A stretch of 64,000 nt of DNA. Source: Methanothermococcus sp. Ax23. Lineage in GTDB: Archaea > AGJL01 > Methanococci > Methanococcales > Methanococcaceae. Below are positions 20,494 to 30,882 of this stretch, in pieces. The notes under the pieces are model-generated. The model did not search any database. It was given only the letters and a program-made list of their open reading frames with translations, and was not told the origin of the DNA. Location of the stretch: assembly GCF_049075655.1 (NCBI RefSeq), contig NZ_CP157522.1, forward strand, positions 224,001 to 288,000, in the 5' to 3' direction. Within the stretch, counting starts at the first letter, position 1. Every line of letters begins with the position of its first letter. A program made the translations under genes and the position numbers.

Positions 20494-21249
20494 TTATTTT
20501 AAATATTTATTTAAATACCCTCTTGGAGTAATCATTTTATTATCTACTATTTTTGTGTTTGAGTTTCCAATTATTAAGGTGGTGTTCATATCGATATAAT
20601 TCATATAATCATCTAAATTGCTTGTTAAATCATTCAAAGTGGTTATTTTATATTCTTCTGAATCTCTTCCAGCATTTTTAACGATTCCAATAACATAATT
20701 TATTTTTCGTTTTTCTGCATAATTTTTTATAACATCCAGAGTCTTTAAAAATGGCTCTTTTCTTGATTTACTTAATGGGTTATATATTGCAACAACAAAA
20801 TCCCCTTCCAATGCACATTTAACTCTGTTTAATATAACTTCCAATGGTGTGAGCAAATCACTTAAACTAATTACGCAAAAATCATGATTTAGCGGAGCTC
20901 CTAATATTGCCGAGCATATGCTTGCAGATGTTAAACCACTTATTACTTTTATGGGGACATCAATATTGTTTTTTTCTCGGAGCTCATAGGCAAGGGACGC
21001 CATGCCATAGATTGTAGCATCCCCACTTGATACAAGTGCGACATCTTTATCTTTCGCTTCATTTAGAGCATAACTTGTTCTATCAATTTCTTTTTTCATT
21101 CCAGATGTGTAAATTGGCTTGTTAAATCGTTTTATAAATTTTTCATAACCTTTATAGCAGACAATTAAATCGACATTGTTTAAAATAGCCTCTGCCTCTT
21201 CTGTAAAAAAATCTTTATTGCCCGGTCCTATTCCAACGATATAAAGCAT
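20494..21249 (-). CDS. cbiH: Precorrin-3B C17-methyltransferase
   Basis: YIVGIGPG, VSSGDATIYGMA, LGAPLNHDF..ISLSDLLTP, MITPRGY. Confidence 0.93.
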   Translation of the reverse strand: MLYIVGIGPGNKDFFTEEAEAILNNVDLIVCYKGYEKFIKRFNKPIYTSGMKKEIDRTSYALNEAKDKDVALVSSGDATIYGMASLAYELREKNNIDVPIKVISGLTSASICSAILGAPLNHDFCVISLSDLLTPLEVILNRVKCALEGDFVVAIYNPLSKSRKEPFLKTLDVIKNYAEKRKINYVIGIVKNAGRDSEEYKITTLNDLTSNLDDYMNYIDMNTTLIIGNSNTKIVDNKMITPRGYLNKYLK

Positions 21250-21317
21250 AATATCACATAATTTAGATTCCATAAGAAGAAAATATATTCAATAAAATAA
21301 TCTTAATAAATGGTAGC

Positions 21318-21400
21318 TGTGTCAGACAGTGCTGATGTCGTCATCCTGAATAAATGATTTTTATTTATTCAGTCAGTGGGGGTAACTCTCATCATCCACA
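21318..21400 (-). ncRNA. Box C/D methylation guide sRNA with an extra hairpin between D' and C'
   Basis: Minus strand reads TGTG-G-ATGATGA-GAGTTACCCCCA-CTGA-[CTGAATAAAT..ATTTATTCAG]-G-ATGACGA-CATCAGCACTGT-CTGA-CACA. Confidence 0.85.
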
Positions 21401-21563
21401 AATTAATATTATAAAAATAGATATTTAAAGGTATCGAAAAATCCGAATAATGAAATCAGGGCGAAGCAGAGAGCAATAAATTCCGAAGATTTTTGTTTTA
21501 ATCGGAGCTCCGAAGAAGTATCATATAAATAATTTTACAATGTTCTTCACTTGGTTCTAAATG

Positions 21564-21791
21564 TTAATTATGTTCAGTATTTTCCGAACTTTCATTCTCG
21601 GGCTTTTTGGGAATTATAAAACAGGCGATAATATATAATAGAAGTCCAGCCCCCCAATATAAGGCAATAATCGCCCATAACAATCTAACAATCACTGGGT
21701 CTATATTTAAATACTCTGCAATACCACCACATACTCCACACAACACTTTATCGGTATCTGATTTATAAAGTCTTTTTTTAACATTAGTCAT
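21564..21791 (-). CDS. PspC domain membrane protein
   Basis: KRLYKS..DKVLCGVCGGIAEYL.ID...VRL...LLYI.....P. Confidence 0.9.
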   Translation of the reverse strand: MTNVKKRLYKSDTDKVLCGVCGGIAEYLNIDPVIVRLLWAIIALYWGAGLLLYIIACFIIPKKPENESSENTEHN

Positions 21792-21991
21792 GCGTATGCC
21801 CTCCAATGAAACATATGAATATAACTTCGAAGTAGTTTATTCTATTAATATAGTATTGATAAATTATTTAAAATAAGAGACAATATATATCTACAACCTA
21901 TTTGATTATTAGATGTTTTATGTAATTAGTGTATCATTTTATTTTTATTTATTATTTATATTTTCTGATTTATTAATATAGAGGTGAAATA

Positions 21992-22852
21992 TTGATACTT
22001 TTAGATGAAAACACAAAAGCAATAGTTCAAGGAATTACCGGAAAGCAGGGAAGTTTCCATACAAAAAACATGCTTGAATGTGGAACAAACATAGTTGCAG
22101 GAGTAACTCCTGGAAAAGGCGGAACAGAAATTTATGGAATTCCAGTATATGATACAGTTGCGGAAACTGTTGAGAAACACGGTGCAAATGCCTCAGTAAT
22201 ATTCGTCCCTGCACCATTCGCAAAGGATGCAGCCTATGAAGCAATTGATGCAGGTATTGAACTTGTTGTAATTATTACAGAACATATTCCAGTCCATGAT
22301 ACAATAGACATACTTAACTATGCAAAACATAAAGGCGTTAAAGTAATTGGACCAAACACTCCGGGAATTGCATCCCCAAAGGTTGGAAAATTAGGTATCA
22401 TTCCTATGAAAGTTTTAAAAGAAGGAAGGATAGGAATGGTTTCAAGAAGTGGGACCTTAACCTATGAAATTGCAAATGAATTAATAAGCAATGGATTTGG
22501 GCAGTCATCATGTATAGGAATAGGAGGAGACCCTACAATTGGTCTTGGATATATTGAAATACTTGAAATGTTTGAAAATGATGAAGATACAGATGCTATT
22601 GTAATGATTGGAGAAATAGGAGGAAGTAATGAAGAAATAGCCGCAGAATATATTAAAAAAATGAAAAAACCAGTGATAGCATATATTGCAGGTCAGTCAG
22701 CACCAGAGGGAAAAAGAATGGGACATGCCGGAGCAATTATTGAGAGGGGTGTGGGAACAGCAGAAAGTAAAATGAATACATTAAAAGATGCCGGAGCTCA
22801 TGTTGTAAAGAGGATTTCAGAAATACCATCGGTATTAAAAGAAGTGTTATAA
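21992..22852 (+). CDS. sucD: Succinyl-CoA synthetase alpha subunit
   Basis: [39 protein letters not shown]. Confidence 0.97.
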   Translation: MILLDENTKAIVQGITGKQGSFHTKNMLECGTNIVAGVTPGKGGTEIYGIPVYDTVAETVEKHGANASVIFVPAPFAKDAAYEAIDAGIELVVIITEHIPVHDTIDILNYAKHKGVKVIGPNTPGIASPKVGKLGIIPMKVLKEGRIGMVSRSGTLTYEIANELISNGFGQSSCIGIGGDPTIGLGYIEILEMFENDEDTDAIVMIGEIGGSNEEIAAEYIKKMKKPVIAYIAGQSAPEGKRMGHAGAIIERGVGTAESKMNTLKDAGAHVVKRISEIPSVLKEVL

Positions 22853-23156
22853 TATTATAATTTGATTTTTTAAATTATATCTCTTAATTGGCAAGTTCTT
22901 AGAGAAATAAAATGGATTTACTAAAAAAGTTTTTAAGAAAATTTGTAAATTCGCTGATTAATCTGCCTACATAAATTTATTAATTTTTTATAATAAGGAT
23001 GATTATTCAACATATATTAAGAATGAAGTAAAATTAATTTTAAAAAATTATTTTATGTCTTCTTATTTTATGGTTTAATTCTCTCTTCCCAATAATATCT
23101 CCAAAATAGCACATATACTTTTATTTTTTCCAAATGATTATTTCAAAAAAATAAAA

Positions 23157-23230
23157 TGGACTGGGCGGGATTTGAACCCGCGGCCTCCGCATAGCCAATG
23201 CGGCGATCTCCCAGTCTGATCTACCAGCCC
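23157..23230 (-). tRNA. tRNA-Ala(GGC)
   Basis: Cloverleaf GGGCTGG/CCAGTCC with G3:U70; anticodon loop TT-GGC-TA; TATA at 23261-23268. Confidence 0.95.
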
Positions 23231-23351
23231 TATAACACGTGACTTCTAAGTGATTAATAATATATAAAATTTTTGGTTTGCATATGATAATAAGATAATA
23301 AATGATGAATAATGTTGGTTATATATAATTATATAAAAAGGGAGGGGGATT

Positions 23352-24755
23352 ATGAAAATACATAGTGAGGATTTTGATGTCATAATTATTGGAGCAGGTC
23401 CAGCAGGACTTTTTGCCGCGTATGAGCTCGCAGAAAATAGCATGTTTAAGATTTTGATAGTTGAGAAAGGTTTTGATATAGACAAAAGAATATCTGACCT
23501 ACTCCAACGAGTGAACTCGTTGGGTTCTCGCTTACGGTAGTAAGCGAGCAACGAAATCACGAAGTGATTTCGTCTAATTTTAGTAGGGTTTAACCCTACA
23601 CGGGTGGCCAAGCCCACTACCCCTACCCATTAATGGGTTCAGGGCTACCTTTTGAACTTCCAACCACTACCAGCGGTAGAGTTTTCACTAACCCTACCCA
23701 TAGATACTTGGACTGGTAGCGTTACTTACTATTAATCTTCTCATATTTATATTTTACTACTTACTAGCCGATATAATGTCCGCCTCTCATCCAATCTCAT
23801 AAGAGATTTTACAAAACTATGTTTTGTATAACGATTAAAATCGTTGGCTTTCTCGGCGGTTTATCGTAAGTAGGGAGGACGAGATTTTTAAAATAAACAC
23901 AATATATATCATCGTAGCCACGGGGAGGGCTGGGGCAAACTGGTTTCATGATGTGGCTAAAAAAATAGGTTTAAATGCAGAGTATGGTCCAATTGATGTT
24001 GGCGTTAGGGTTGAAGTGCCTGCAATTATATGGAGCTCATAACAAACATATATCACGACCCGAAATTTCATATATATACTGATACATATGATGACTTTAT
24101 CCGAACCTTTTGCACAAATCCCCATGGTTTTGTTGTGTGGGAGATATATAAAGATTTTATTGGGGTCAATGGACACTCTATGAGGGATGAAAAAAGCAAC
24201 AATACAAATTTTGCTCTTTTAACTAGAATAGAACTTACAGAGCCTGTGGGGGATACCACAGCTTATGGGATGAGTATAGCATATTTAGCAACTACTATTG
24301 GTGGAGGGAAGCCTATTATTCAAAGATTGGGGGACTTAAAAAGAGGTAGGAGAAGCACATGGTCAAGAATCGGCAGGAGTAGTATTGAATCTACATTAAA
24401 AAATGTCTGCCCTGGAGACATAGCCATGGCTTTACCCCATAGGATAGTTACAGATATCATTGAAGGACTTGAAAAGCTTGATAAAGTCATTCCCGGGGTT
24501 GCAAGTGATTGCACACTTCTCTATGCTCCGGAAATCAAATACTATGCAATGAAGGTAATAGTGGATGAAAATCTTGAAACTAATATAAAAAATATATTTG
24601 TTGTAGGGGATGGGGCAGGAATTTCGAGGGATATTACAAATGCAGCAGCCACTGGAATTTTAGCTGCAAGAGGAATTTTAAAAAAAGAGGGTATTTGTAA
24701 TGATGCGGATTTTAAAAAAGAAGGCAATTGGAGAGAAAAAATAAATGGGTTGTAA
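23352..24755 (+). pseudogene. Disrupted NAD(P)/FAD-dependent oxidoreductase (uncharacterised FAD dehydrogenase family)
   Basis: N-terminal GAGPAG fragment ends at 23493; mobile insert 23494-23865; frame resumes (VATGRAGA..DVGVRVE) then shifts at ~24030 into the C-terminal part (YAPEIKYY, GDGAG). Confidence 0.85.
23494..23865 (-). mobile_element. Non-autonomous IS200/IS605-family derivative (372 bp) retaining both ends and a tnpB-like 3' tail / omegaRNA region
   Basis: Left end follows TTAC (23866-23869) with guide AAAG before hairpin CCAACGATTTTAATCGTT; right end has GAAC + hairpin CCAACGAGTTCACTCGTTGG + AGTAGG-TCAG; no TSD; tail translates KVALNPLMGRGSGLGHPCRVKPY*. Confidence 0.82.
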
Positions 24756-24763
24756 TTTTTAAA

Positions 24764-25816
24764 TTATTCCATTATCATTTTTTTGTTTTTATATTCCACA
24801 ACTACCTTATTACTTATTTTTTCTCCATTTATTTCAATTTCATCCTCTATTTTTCCAATAATATAAGCAGGGATATTGTGGTGATTTGCGATTTCAATGA
24901 CCTTTTCAGCGTCTTCCTTATCAACCACTACGCAGAATCCTATGCCCATGTTGAATGTTTTAAACATTTCCTCGTCTGAAACATTTCCAATTCTCTGTAT
25001 TTCTTTAAATATTGGAAGGGGCTCTGGAAGATTGTTAATTAAATAGACTACATTTTTATTTAACCTTATTAGCTTCCTAAATCCCCCTCCTGTGATATGT
25101 GCTAATCCTTTAACATCTACCTTTTTAATCATCTCCAAAACTGGTTTAACATATATTCTCGTTGGTGTGAGGAGCTCCTCTGCAATAGTTTTTCCATGAG
25201 GTAGTTCGTCGTTAATATCCATCTTTCCAATATCGAAAAATACCTTTCTTGCAAGGGATAAACCGTTGCTATGTATTCCGCTACTTCTAAGTCCTATAAT
25301 CACATCTCCTTTTTTTACATCATTTCCAGATATTACTTTATCCTTTTTTACAACGGCAAGCACAGTTCCAGCTATGTCTATTCCTTTTACCATATCTGGA
25401 AGTGTTGCAGTTTCTCCACCAATTAAGTTTATATTGGATTCCTTTAATCCTTCGTTTAATCCTTTACCAATTTGTCTCGCTATGTCTTCATTTATATCCT
25501 CAACTGCCATATAATCCACAAGTGCCACAGGTTCTGCCCCTATACATATGGCATCATTTACATTCATGGCTATCATGTCTATGGGAACGGTATCAAATTT
25601 ATTTGCCATTTCTGCAACAATCATCTTACTACCCACACCGTCGGTGCATAAAACTAAATAATAATCGCCGAATTCTATTGCCCCTGCATAGTGCCCTTTT
25701 AGTTCCTCTGCTGGTTTTATACTGTCAGTTCTTTTAAATGTTATTTGAGATACCAATGCCTTTATTATTTTGTCTTCTTTGTAAATATCTACTCCTGCGT
25801 CTTTGTATGATACCAT
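24764..25816 (-). CDS. purM: Phosphoribosylformylglycinamidine cyclo-ligase
   Basis: YKDAGVD, TDGVGSK, GGETA, SSGIHSNG, AHITGGG, TFNMGIG. Confidence 0.97.
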   Translation of the reverse strand: MVSYKDAGVDIYKEDKIIKALVSQITFKRTDSIKPAEELKGHYAGAIEFGDYYLVLCTDGVGSKMIVAEMANKFDTVPIDMIAMNVNDAICIGAEPVALVDYMAVEDINEDIARQIGKGLNEGLKESNINLIGGETATLPDMVKGIDIAGTVLAVVKKDKVISGNDVKKGDVIIGLRSSGIHSNGLSLARKVFFDIGKMDINDELPHGKTIAEELLTPTRIYVKPVLEMIKKVDVKGLAHITGGGFRKLIRLNKNVVYLINNLPEPLPIFKEIQRIGNVSDEEMFKTFNMGIGFCVVVDKEDAEKVIEIANHHNIPAYIIGKIEDEIEINGEKISNKVVVEYKNKKMIME

Positions 25817-25877
25817 TTTTTCACCATTTTAAAAGCAATTTTTCACAATATTGGGTGTAGTTATATATAGTTATATA

Positions 25878-26765
25878 TTATTTATGGAGGTTGTTATTTT
25901 TCAAAAGTATGTTGTCTCCTACTTCAACTCCTACCATTTCAGCAATAGGGAGACATTTCGCCTTAAATATATAATATATTGGCTGTTCAATGTTGTATTC
26001 GGTTAAGCTTTCAAAATTACCCATACCTTTTGCTATTATCAAATCTGCTTCCTTAAATTCTTTTAAAAATTCTTCTGATGATTCCTCTAATCTAACACCT
26101 ATAACATCACTTCCATTTGTAATTACTTTTGCAATCTTATCAATTCCTGCAATCTTTGCATCTTCAAGTGTAGCATCGTTTAGTATAGGAGCTCCTTTAA
26201 CAGAAACTACGACATCGCAGTAATTTTTTAATTCCTCAATTAGTATTTTATCAAATACTACTTCACCTGCATTGTCGCAGATGTATAATATTTTATTTGC
26301 ATCTTTTAAATCATTCAGCAGCTCTTTACTGCGGTCTATTTTTAGTTTCCCACTAAGTGTTTCTTCTATTTTTTTATTAATATCCATATCTGTGCTATAT
26401 GGTCCAAAATCAATAACATTACCTGCTATGGATAGTTTAACTTTACATATTAGTCTATCTAATGGATTATCGTCATCGCATAGCTTTAACTCATCTTTCA
26501 ATTTTTCCAAATAATTTAATGCTATTTTGTTTGCAGTATTTTTTAATCTTTTGTAGGGGTCAGGATTTCCACTTATTTTTTTTAGATATCTATGGACAGT
26601 AGTTCCCATCCATGCTGGAACAGCATCAGGCGTATAAGCCTCTTTTATACTATCCAAACATGATTTTATTATCTCAAACTGCCTTTTTTCATCATCTGAT
26701 ATTTCTTTTGCGGCATCCACAACTTGCCTTACAATACAGGTTGCACATTCTGGTTTAATCTTCAA
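25878..26765 (-). CDS. DUF89/ARMT1-like damage-control phosphatase
   Basis: ECATC, AGNVIDFG, DNAGE, PILNDAT, AKGMGNFESL, KAKC. Confidence 0.9.
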   Translation of the reverse strand: MKIKPECATCIVRQVVDAAKEISDDEKRQFEIIKSCLDSIKEAYTPDAVPAWMGTTVHRYLKKISGNPDPYKRLKNTANKIALNYLEKLKDELKLCDDDNPLDRLICKVKLSIAGNVIDFGPYSTDMDINKKIEETLSGKLKIDRSKELLNDLKDANKILYICDNAGEVVFDKILIEELKNYCDVVVSVKGAPILNDATLEDAKIAGIDKIAKVITNGSDVIGVRLEESSEEFLKEFKEADLIIAKGMGNFESLTEYNIEQPIYYIFKAKCLPIAEMVGVEVGDNILLKNNNLHK

Positions 26766-26851
26766 GAAATCACCCTCTCTATGGTGGCTTTAAATAAAAA
26801 ATCTTTAAATAAAAAATAATTGATAATTACTTAAACATTAATATCATTATC

Positions 26852-27223
26852 TTATTTAAATAAAATTAATGAAATCATCCTCCCAAGATAAACCATGCCA
26901 ATACATCCAAAAACATTCAAAAGTATATTTATTATAAATTTTAAAGTATATCCTTCTTCAAGTAGTGAAAAGGTTTCATAACTAAATGTGGAAAATGTAG
27001 TTAATGCCCCACAAAATCCAGTAATAATTAAAAGTCTATATTCTGGTGGAATATCCAATGTTAATGAAGAATACATGATAAAACCAATTATAAAACTTCC
27101 AATTAGATTAACGGTAAATGTTCCCATGGGCAATCCAAATTTAACTGGAACAACGCCACTTATTATGTATCGCAATATTGCTCCAACGAATCCTCCAACA
27201 CCTATTATTAAGAGCTCTCTCAA
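26852..27223 (-). CDS. crcB: Fluoride efflux channel FluC/CrcB
   Basis: GGFVGAILRY, GTFTVNLIGSF, TGFCGALTTFSTFSYE. Confidence 0.96.
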   Translation of the reverse strand: MRELLIIGVGGFVGAILRYIISGVVPVKFGLPMGTFTVNLIGSFIIGFIMYSSLTLDIPPEYRLLIITGFCGALTTFSTFSYETFSLLEEGYTLKFIINILLNVFGCIGMVYLGRMISLILFK

Positions 27224-27304
27224 GTTTTCACCAATAAATATTTATATACCATGATGATAATATAACAGGGATGTAAAATGAATATATATTTACTCGTATG
27301 GTAA

Positions 27305-27379
27305 GGGCCCGTAGTTTAGCCTGGACAGAATGCGGGGCTTCGGACCCCGTGGTCGAGGGTTCAAATCCCTCCGGGCTCG
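27305..27379 (+). tRNA. tRNA-Arg(TCG)
   Basis: GGGCCCG/CGGGCTC acceptor stem; anticodon arm CGGGG-CTTCGGA-CCCCG; GGTTCAAATCC T-arm. Confidence 0.95.
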
Positions 27380-27399
27380 TATTTTTTATAACACTCGTT

Positions 27400-27496
27400 T
27401 CTTAGGTTCCAAACCTTACGAAGTAAGGTTTGGACTTTGGATGGCAACCTTTTTTAAAGGTTGCGTTTGAATCCCTCCGGGCTCGTATTTTTATAA
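27400..27496 (+). mobile_element. ~70-bp double-hairpin element plus duplicated tRNA-Arg 3' end
   Basis: Element 27400-27469; 27470-27496 repeats 27364-27391; homolog at 32640-32709 (minus). Confidence 0.8.
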
Positions 27497-27525
27497 TATT
27501 TTTATATCATATTTTATAAAATAAT

Positions 27526-28080
27526 TTAATCATCATTTTTTATGGCTATTTTTAATACTTTTTCTAAATTATTTAAATAGGTAGTATAATCTCCCTCATT
27601 AATAACAACATAATCAGCCAAAGATATTACCTTTCCAATGGAAAACTCCAATTCTCTTAAATCCCTTTCAACAAATTTATCCCATTCTGATGTATCATCT
27701 TCTCTTTTTCTTGATTTTAATCTGTTAAATCGGGTTTTCGGTGAAGAATGTATTGCTATAATTGTTAATGGATGGGATTTTCTAAAATAATTAACCTCAT
27801 ACATACTTCGTATGCCCTCTATGATAACTATTTCTTCGTTATTATAATTTTCCTCTATATATTGAAGGCATGGAACTGCTACTGCCTCGTTTCCATACTT
27901 CTTCCTTAGTTCCACTGCTGTATTTCCTACATTTTCGGGATTTAATTCCAATCCCTTTTTCATAGTTTCACGACGAACTACGTCCCCCATAGAAATTACT
28001 GGTATATTGTATTTTCTTGCTATTTCTATTATTGCACTTTTTCCAGAGCCTGGCATTCCTGTGATACCTATCAGTTTCAT
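27526..28080 (-). CDS. UPF0200 / dephospho-CoA-kinase-like P-loop kinase
   Basis: [36 protein letters not shown]. Confidence 0.8.
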   Translation of the reverse strand: MKLIGITGMPGSGKSAIIEIARKYNIPVISMGDVVRRETMKKGLELNPENVGNTAVELRKKYGNEAVAVPCLQYIEENYNNEEIVIIEGIRSMYEVNYFRKSHPLTIIAIHSSPKTRFNRLKSRKREDDTSEWDKFVERDLRELEFSIGKVISLADYVVINEGDYTTYLNNLEKVLKIAIKNDD

Positions 28081-28089
28081 GTTATCTCC

Positions 28090-28284
28090 TTAATTCACCG
28101 TCTTTAATACGTTCATTGTGGCATCCGATGTTTTATTTATTGCATCAATATTTGTATTTTTAATGTTTATTGCGGATTTGAGCATATAATACCCAAGCAC
28201 CGCCGCTGCGGTTATACCTGCAAACATGAGAATAGAAAATTCTAAGCTAATCTGCCCTCTACAAGAGCATATTTTTTTTATCAT
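28090..28284 (-). CDS. Class III signal peptide pilin-like protein (EppA-type substrate)
   Basis: RG/QISLEF cleavage motif (Q+1, E+5) followed by a hydrophobic helix. Confidence 0.85.
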   Translation of the reverse strand: MIKKICSCRGQISLEFSILMFAGITAAAVLGYYMLKSAINIKNTNIDAINKTSDATMNVLKTVN

Positions 28285-28372
28285 AAAACCACCAAAGTTA
28301 TGATAAAGTATATTTAATTAAATATGGTATATGTTATTCTTTTTATATAAATAATTTAATTCTGGTGATATT

Positions 28373-30874
28373 TTGATTATAATAAGAAAACTAAAAAAGA
28401 AAAAACAAAAACAAGAACTCGAAATAATTGACTTGGTAAATAATATAAAATATTACGGCACTTTAAGAGGGACGGACACTAAATTAAGCCTATATAAATG
28501 TAAAGAGGAAAAAGATGGGAACATAAAACCAATTCAGCCTTCAAGGGTAATGAATATCCTAAAAACCAGTAAAAAGGTTTATTTAAATAATGACGAAGAA
28601 TCATTAAAATTAGAGGATTTTTTAAAACAGAATAATATTAAATATAATTACATAGAGCTCTGCCCATTCTGCCTAATAAAGGGGAGATACAACGAAATAG
28701 ATAAAGGCAACAGATACAGATTTTACAATCAATATATATGTTTTGACTGTGCAGTGGAGGAAGTTAAACATGAAGTGAATATTAACGAGGAATTTATAGA
28801 AAAACTTTTACGAAGATTTAAGGATGTGAATAAAGTAATAGATTTATTTATTATGAAAAACCCACTAGATAACCCTGATTTAACAAAATATGATGTTTTA
28901 ACCGGTAGTGAAGAGGATAAAATAAGAAACTATAAAATAGACGAGTTGAATATCCCCTCTGAATTAAAGGAAATTATAAAAAATAGAGGTATAAAGGAGC
29001 TCCTACCAGTTCAAACACTCACCGTTAAAGGGGGCTTATTGGATGGAAAGGATTTGATAATTACCTCTGCAACATCCTCTGGAAAAACACTTATTGGGGA
29101 GTTAGCAGGCATAAATAATTTAAAGGAAGGCAAGGGAAAGTTATTATTTTTAGTCCCCCTTGTGGCATTAGCAAACCAGAAGTATATTGAATTTAAAGAG
29201 CGTTATGAAAAAATAGGGCTCACCGTGAGTTTGAGGGTTGGCATGGGGAGATTATCAGAAGATAAATCAGAATTCATAAATACAGATATAAACGCAGATA
29301 TTGTTGTTGGAACCTATGAAGGTATTGATTTTTTGGTTAGGTCTGGAAAATTAAGGGATGTAGGAACTGTTGTAATTGATGAAGTTCATTCATTGAATAT
29401 GGAGGAGAGAGGAGCTCGGCTTGATGGACTTATCGGCAGGTTGAGGTATCTAAAAAACATCTTAAAAAGTAATATTCAAATGATATATTTGTCCGCCACA
29501 GTGGGAAATCCAGAGGAGCTCGCAAAGAATCTTAATGCAAATGTGGTTATATACAATGGAAGACCTGTTCCACTTGAAAGACATATTATTTTTGCCAAAA
29601 ACGATTATAATAAATTGAATTTAATAAAAGAAATTGTTAAAAAAGAGTTCAACACAAAATCAAAATATGGATTTAGAGGTCAGAGTTTAATATTTACCTA
29701 TTCAAGAAAAAGGGCAGAATATATTTCGAATTTCTTAAATACAAAAGGAATAAAATCGGATTACTACCATGGAGGTATGGAGTATAAAAGAAGGAGAATG
29801 GTGGAGGATAATTTTTTAAATCAAAAAATCATGTGTGTAGTTACAACAGCAGCACTTGCAGCAGGTGTGGATTTCCCAGCATCTACTGCGGTTCTTGAAA
29901 GTTTAGCGATGGGTGGAGATTGGCTTAATCCATCAGAATTCCAGCAAATGTGCGGTAGGGCAGGTAGAAAGGGCATGCATGATAGAGGAAAGGTCTATAT
30001 GCTTGTGGAGATTGGTAAAAAATACCATGCTAAAATGGGAAACACTGAGGACGAGGTGGCATTTAAATTACTGAGCTCAGAAGCTGAGGATGTTGTGGTG
30101 CAATATACCGAGGATGAAGAGTTGGAACAGATACTTGCCAGTGTGAGCTCCGCTGAAAGATATTTGAAATCAATTAATAAATCAGTTAATAAAAGTGAAT
30201 TAAACAAGGTTCCATTAATGGGGAAAAATCACGATTTAGATTATATTATTGATAAATTAAACGACTATCATATGATAAAATCCTATAACAACAAAATAAA
30301 CATTACAAAATATGGCTATGCTACGGCAATATCATTTTTGTATCCGAAGGATGCCGAGCTTATTCGAACTAATTTAAATAAACCAATTATGGAATTAACT
30401 GCCCTAATAAATCCCTTTGAGAATTTATATGTTCCAAATAATATAAAAAATAAGATCTCAAAAATAATCCATACAAATATTCCAACAAGGTTTATAGATG
30501 CCTTTGAGATTGTAAAGGAAAATATTTCAAAAATAACCGATAGGGACTTAAGAGATAGGATTCTGCCGTGGATGGTAGAATTTGAAGGAATGATTGAGGA
30601 GGATATAATAAGATACTTCTCAAAATATGTATTAAATCTAAGGATAAATAAAAAAACACCCTCGCAGATTTCAAAGATTATCTATGAAAACTTCAATCTG
30701 CAAACCTATTCAGGGGACATATACTCATATCTTGAAAATACCATAAAAATTCTGGATGCAGTTGAAAGAATAGGAGGCATTTACAATAAAAATATATCCA
30801 ATGAAGCAAAGGATTTTAAGGAAAAAATTTCAAACCCATATAAATATAGAAAAAAGAAAAAAATTAAAAAATAA
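28373..30874 (+). CDS. Archaea-specific Ski2-like SF2 helicase (ASH-Ski2 type)
   Basis: N-terminal CPFC/CFDC, LLPVQ, SATSSGKT, DEVH, LSAT, QMCGRAGR. Confidence 0.85.
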   Translation: MIIIRKLKKKKQKQELEIIDLVNNIKYYGTLRGTDTKLSLYKCKEEKDGNIKPIQPSRVMNILKTSKKVYLNNDEESLKLEDFLKQNNIKYNYIELCPFCLIKGRYNEIDKGNRYRFYNQYICFDCAVEEVKHEVNINEEFIEKLLRRFKDVNKVIDLFIMKNPLDNPDLTKYDVLTGSEEDKIRNYKIDELNIPSELKEIIKNRGIKELLPVQTLTVKGGLLDGKDLIITSATSSGKTLIGELAGINNLKEGKGKLLFLVPLVALANQKYIEFKERYEKIGLTVSLRVGMGRLSEDKSEFINTDINADIVVGTYEGIDFLVRSGKLRDVGTVVIDEVHSLNMEERGARLDGLIGRLRYLKNILKSNIQMIYLSATVGNPEELAKNLNANVVIYNGRPVPLERHIIFAKNDYNKLNLIKEIVKKEFNTKSKYGFRGQSLIFTYSRKRAEYISNFLNTKGIKSDYYHGGMEYKRRRMVEDNFLNQKIMCVVTTAALAAGVDFPASTAVLESLAMGGDWLNPSEFQQMCGRAGRKGMHDRGKVYMLVEIGKKYHAKMGNTEDEVAFKLLSSEAEDVVVQYTEDEELEQILASVSSAERYLKSINKSVNKSELNKVPLMGKNHDLDYIIDKLNDYHMIKSYNNKINITKYGYATAISFLYPKDAELIRTNLNKPIMELTALINPFENLYVPNNIKNKISKIIHTNIPTRFIDAFEIVKENISKITDRDLRDRILPWMVEFEGMIEEDIIRYFSKYVLNLRINKKTPSQISKIIYENFNLQTYSGDIYSYLENTIKILDAVERIGGIYNKNISNEAKDFKEKISNPYKYRKKKKIKK

Positions 30875-30882
30875 TATATATT

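Noticed and set aside
23246-23617. 123-aa minus-strand ORF
   Set aside because: Chimera of the mobile element end and the antisense of the oxidoreductase fragment
27224-27300. Fluoride riboswitch upstream of crcB
   Set aside because: Short AT-rich region without the GAUGG...CC / CUGAUG motif
27470-27486. Additional tRNA or split tRNA half (also 32624-32640)
   Set aside because: Only the last ~16 nt of the tRNA are duplicated; no cloverleaf or bulge-helix-bulge partner
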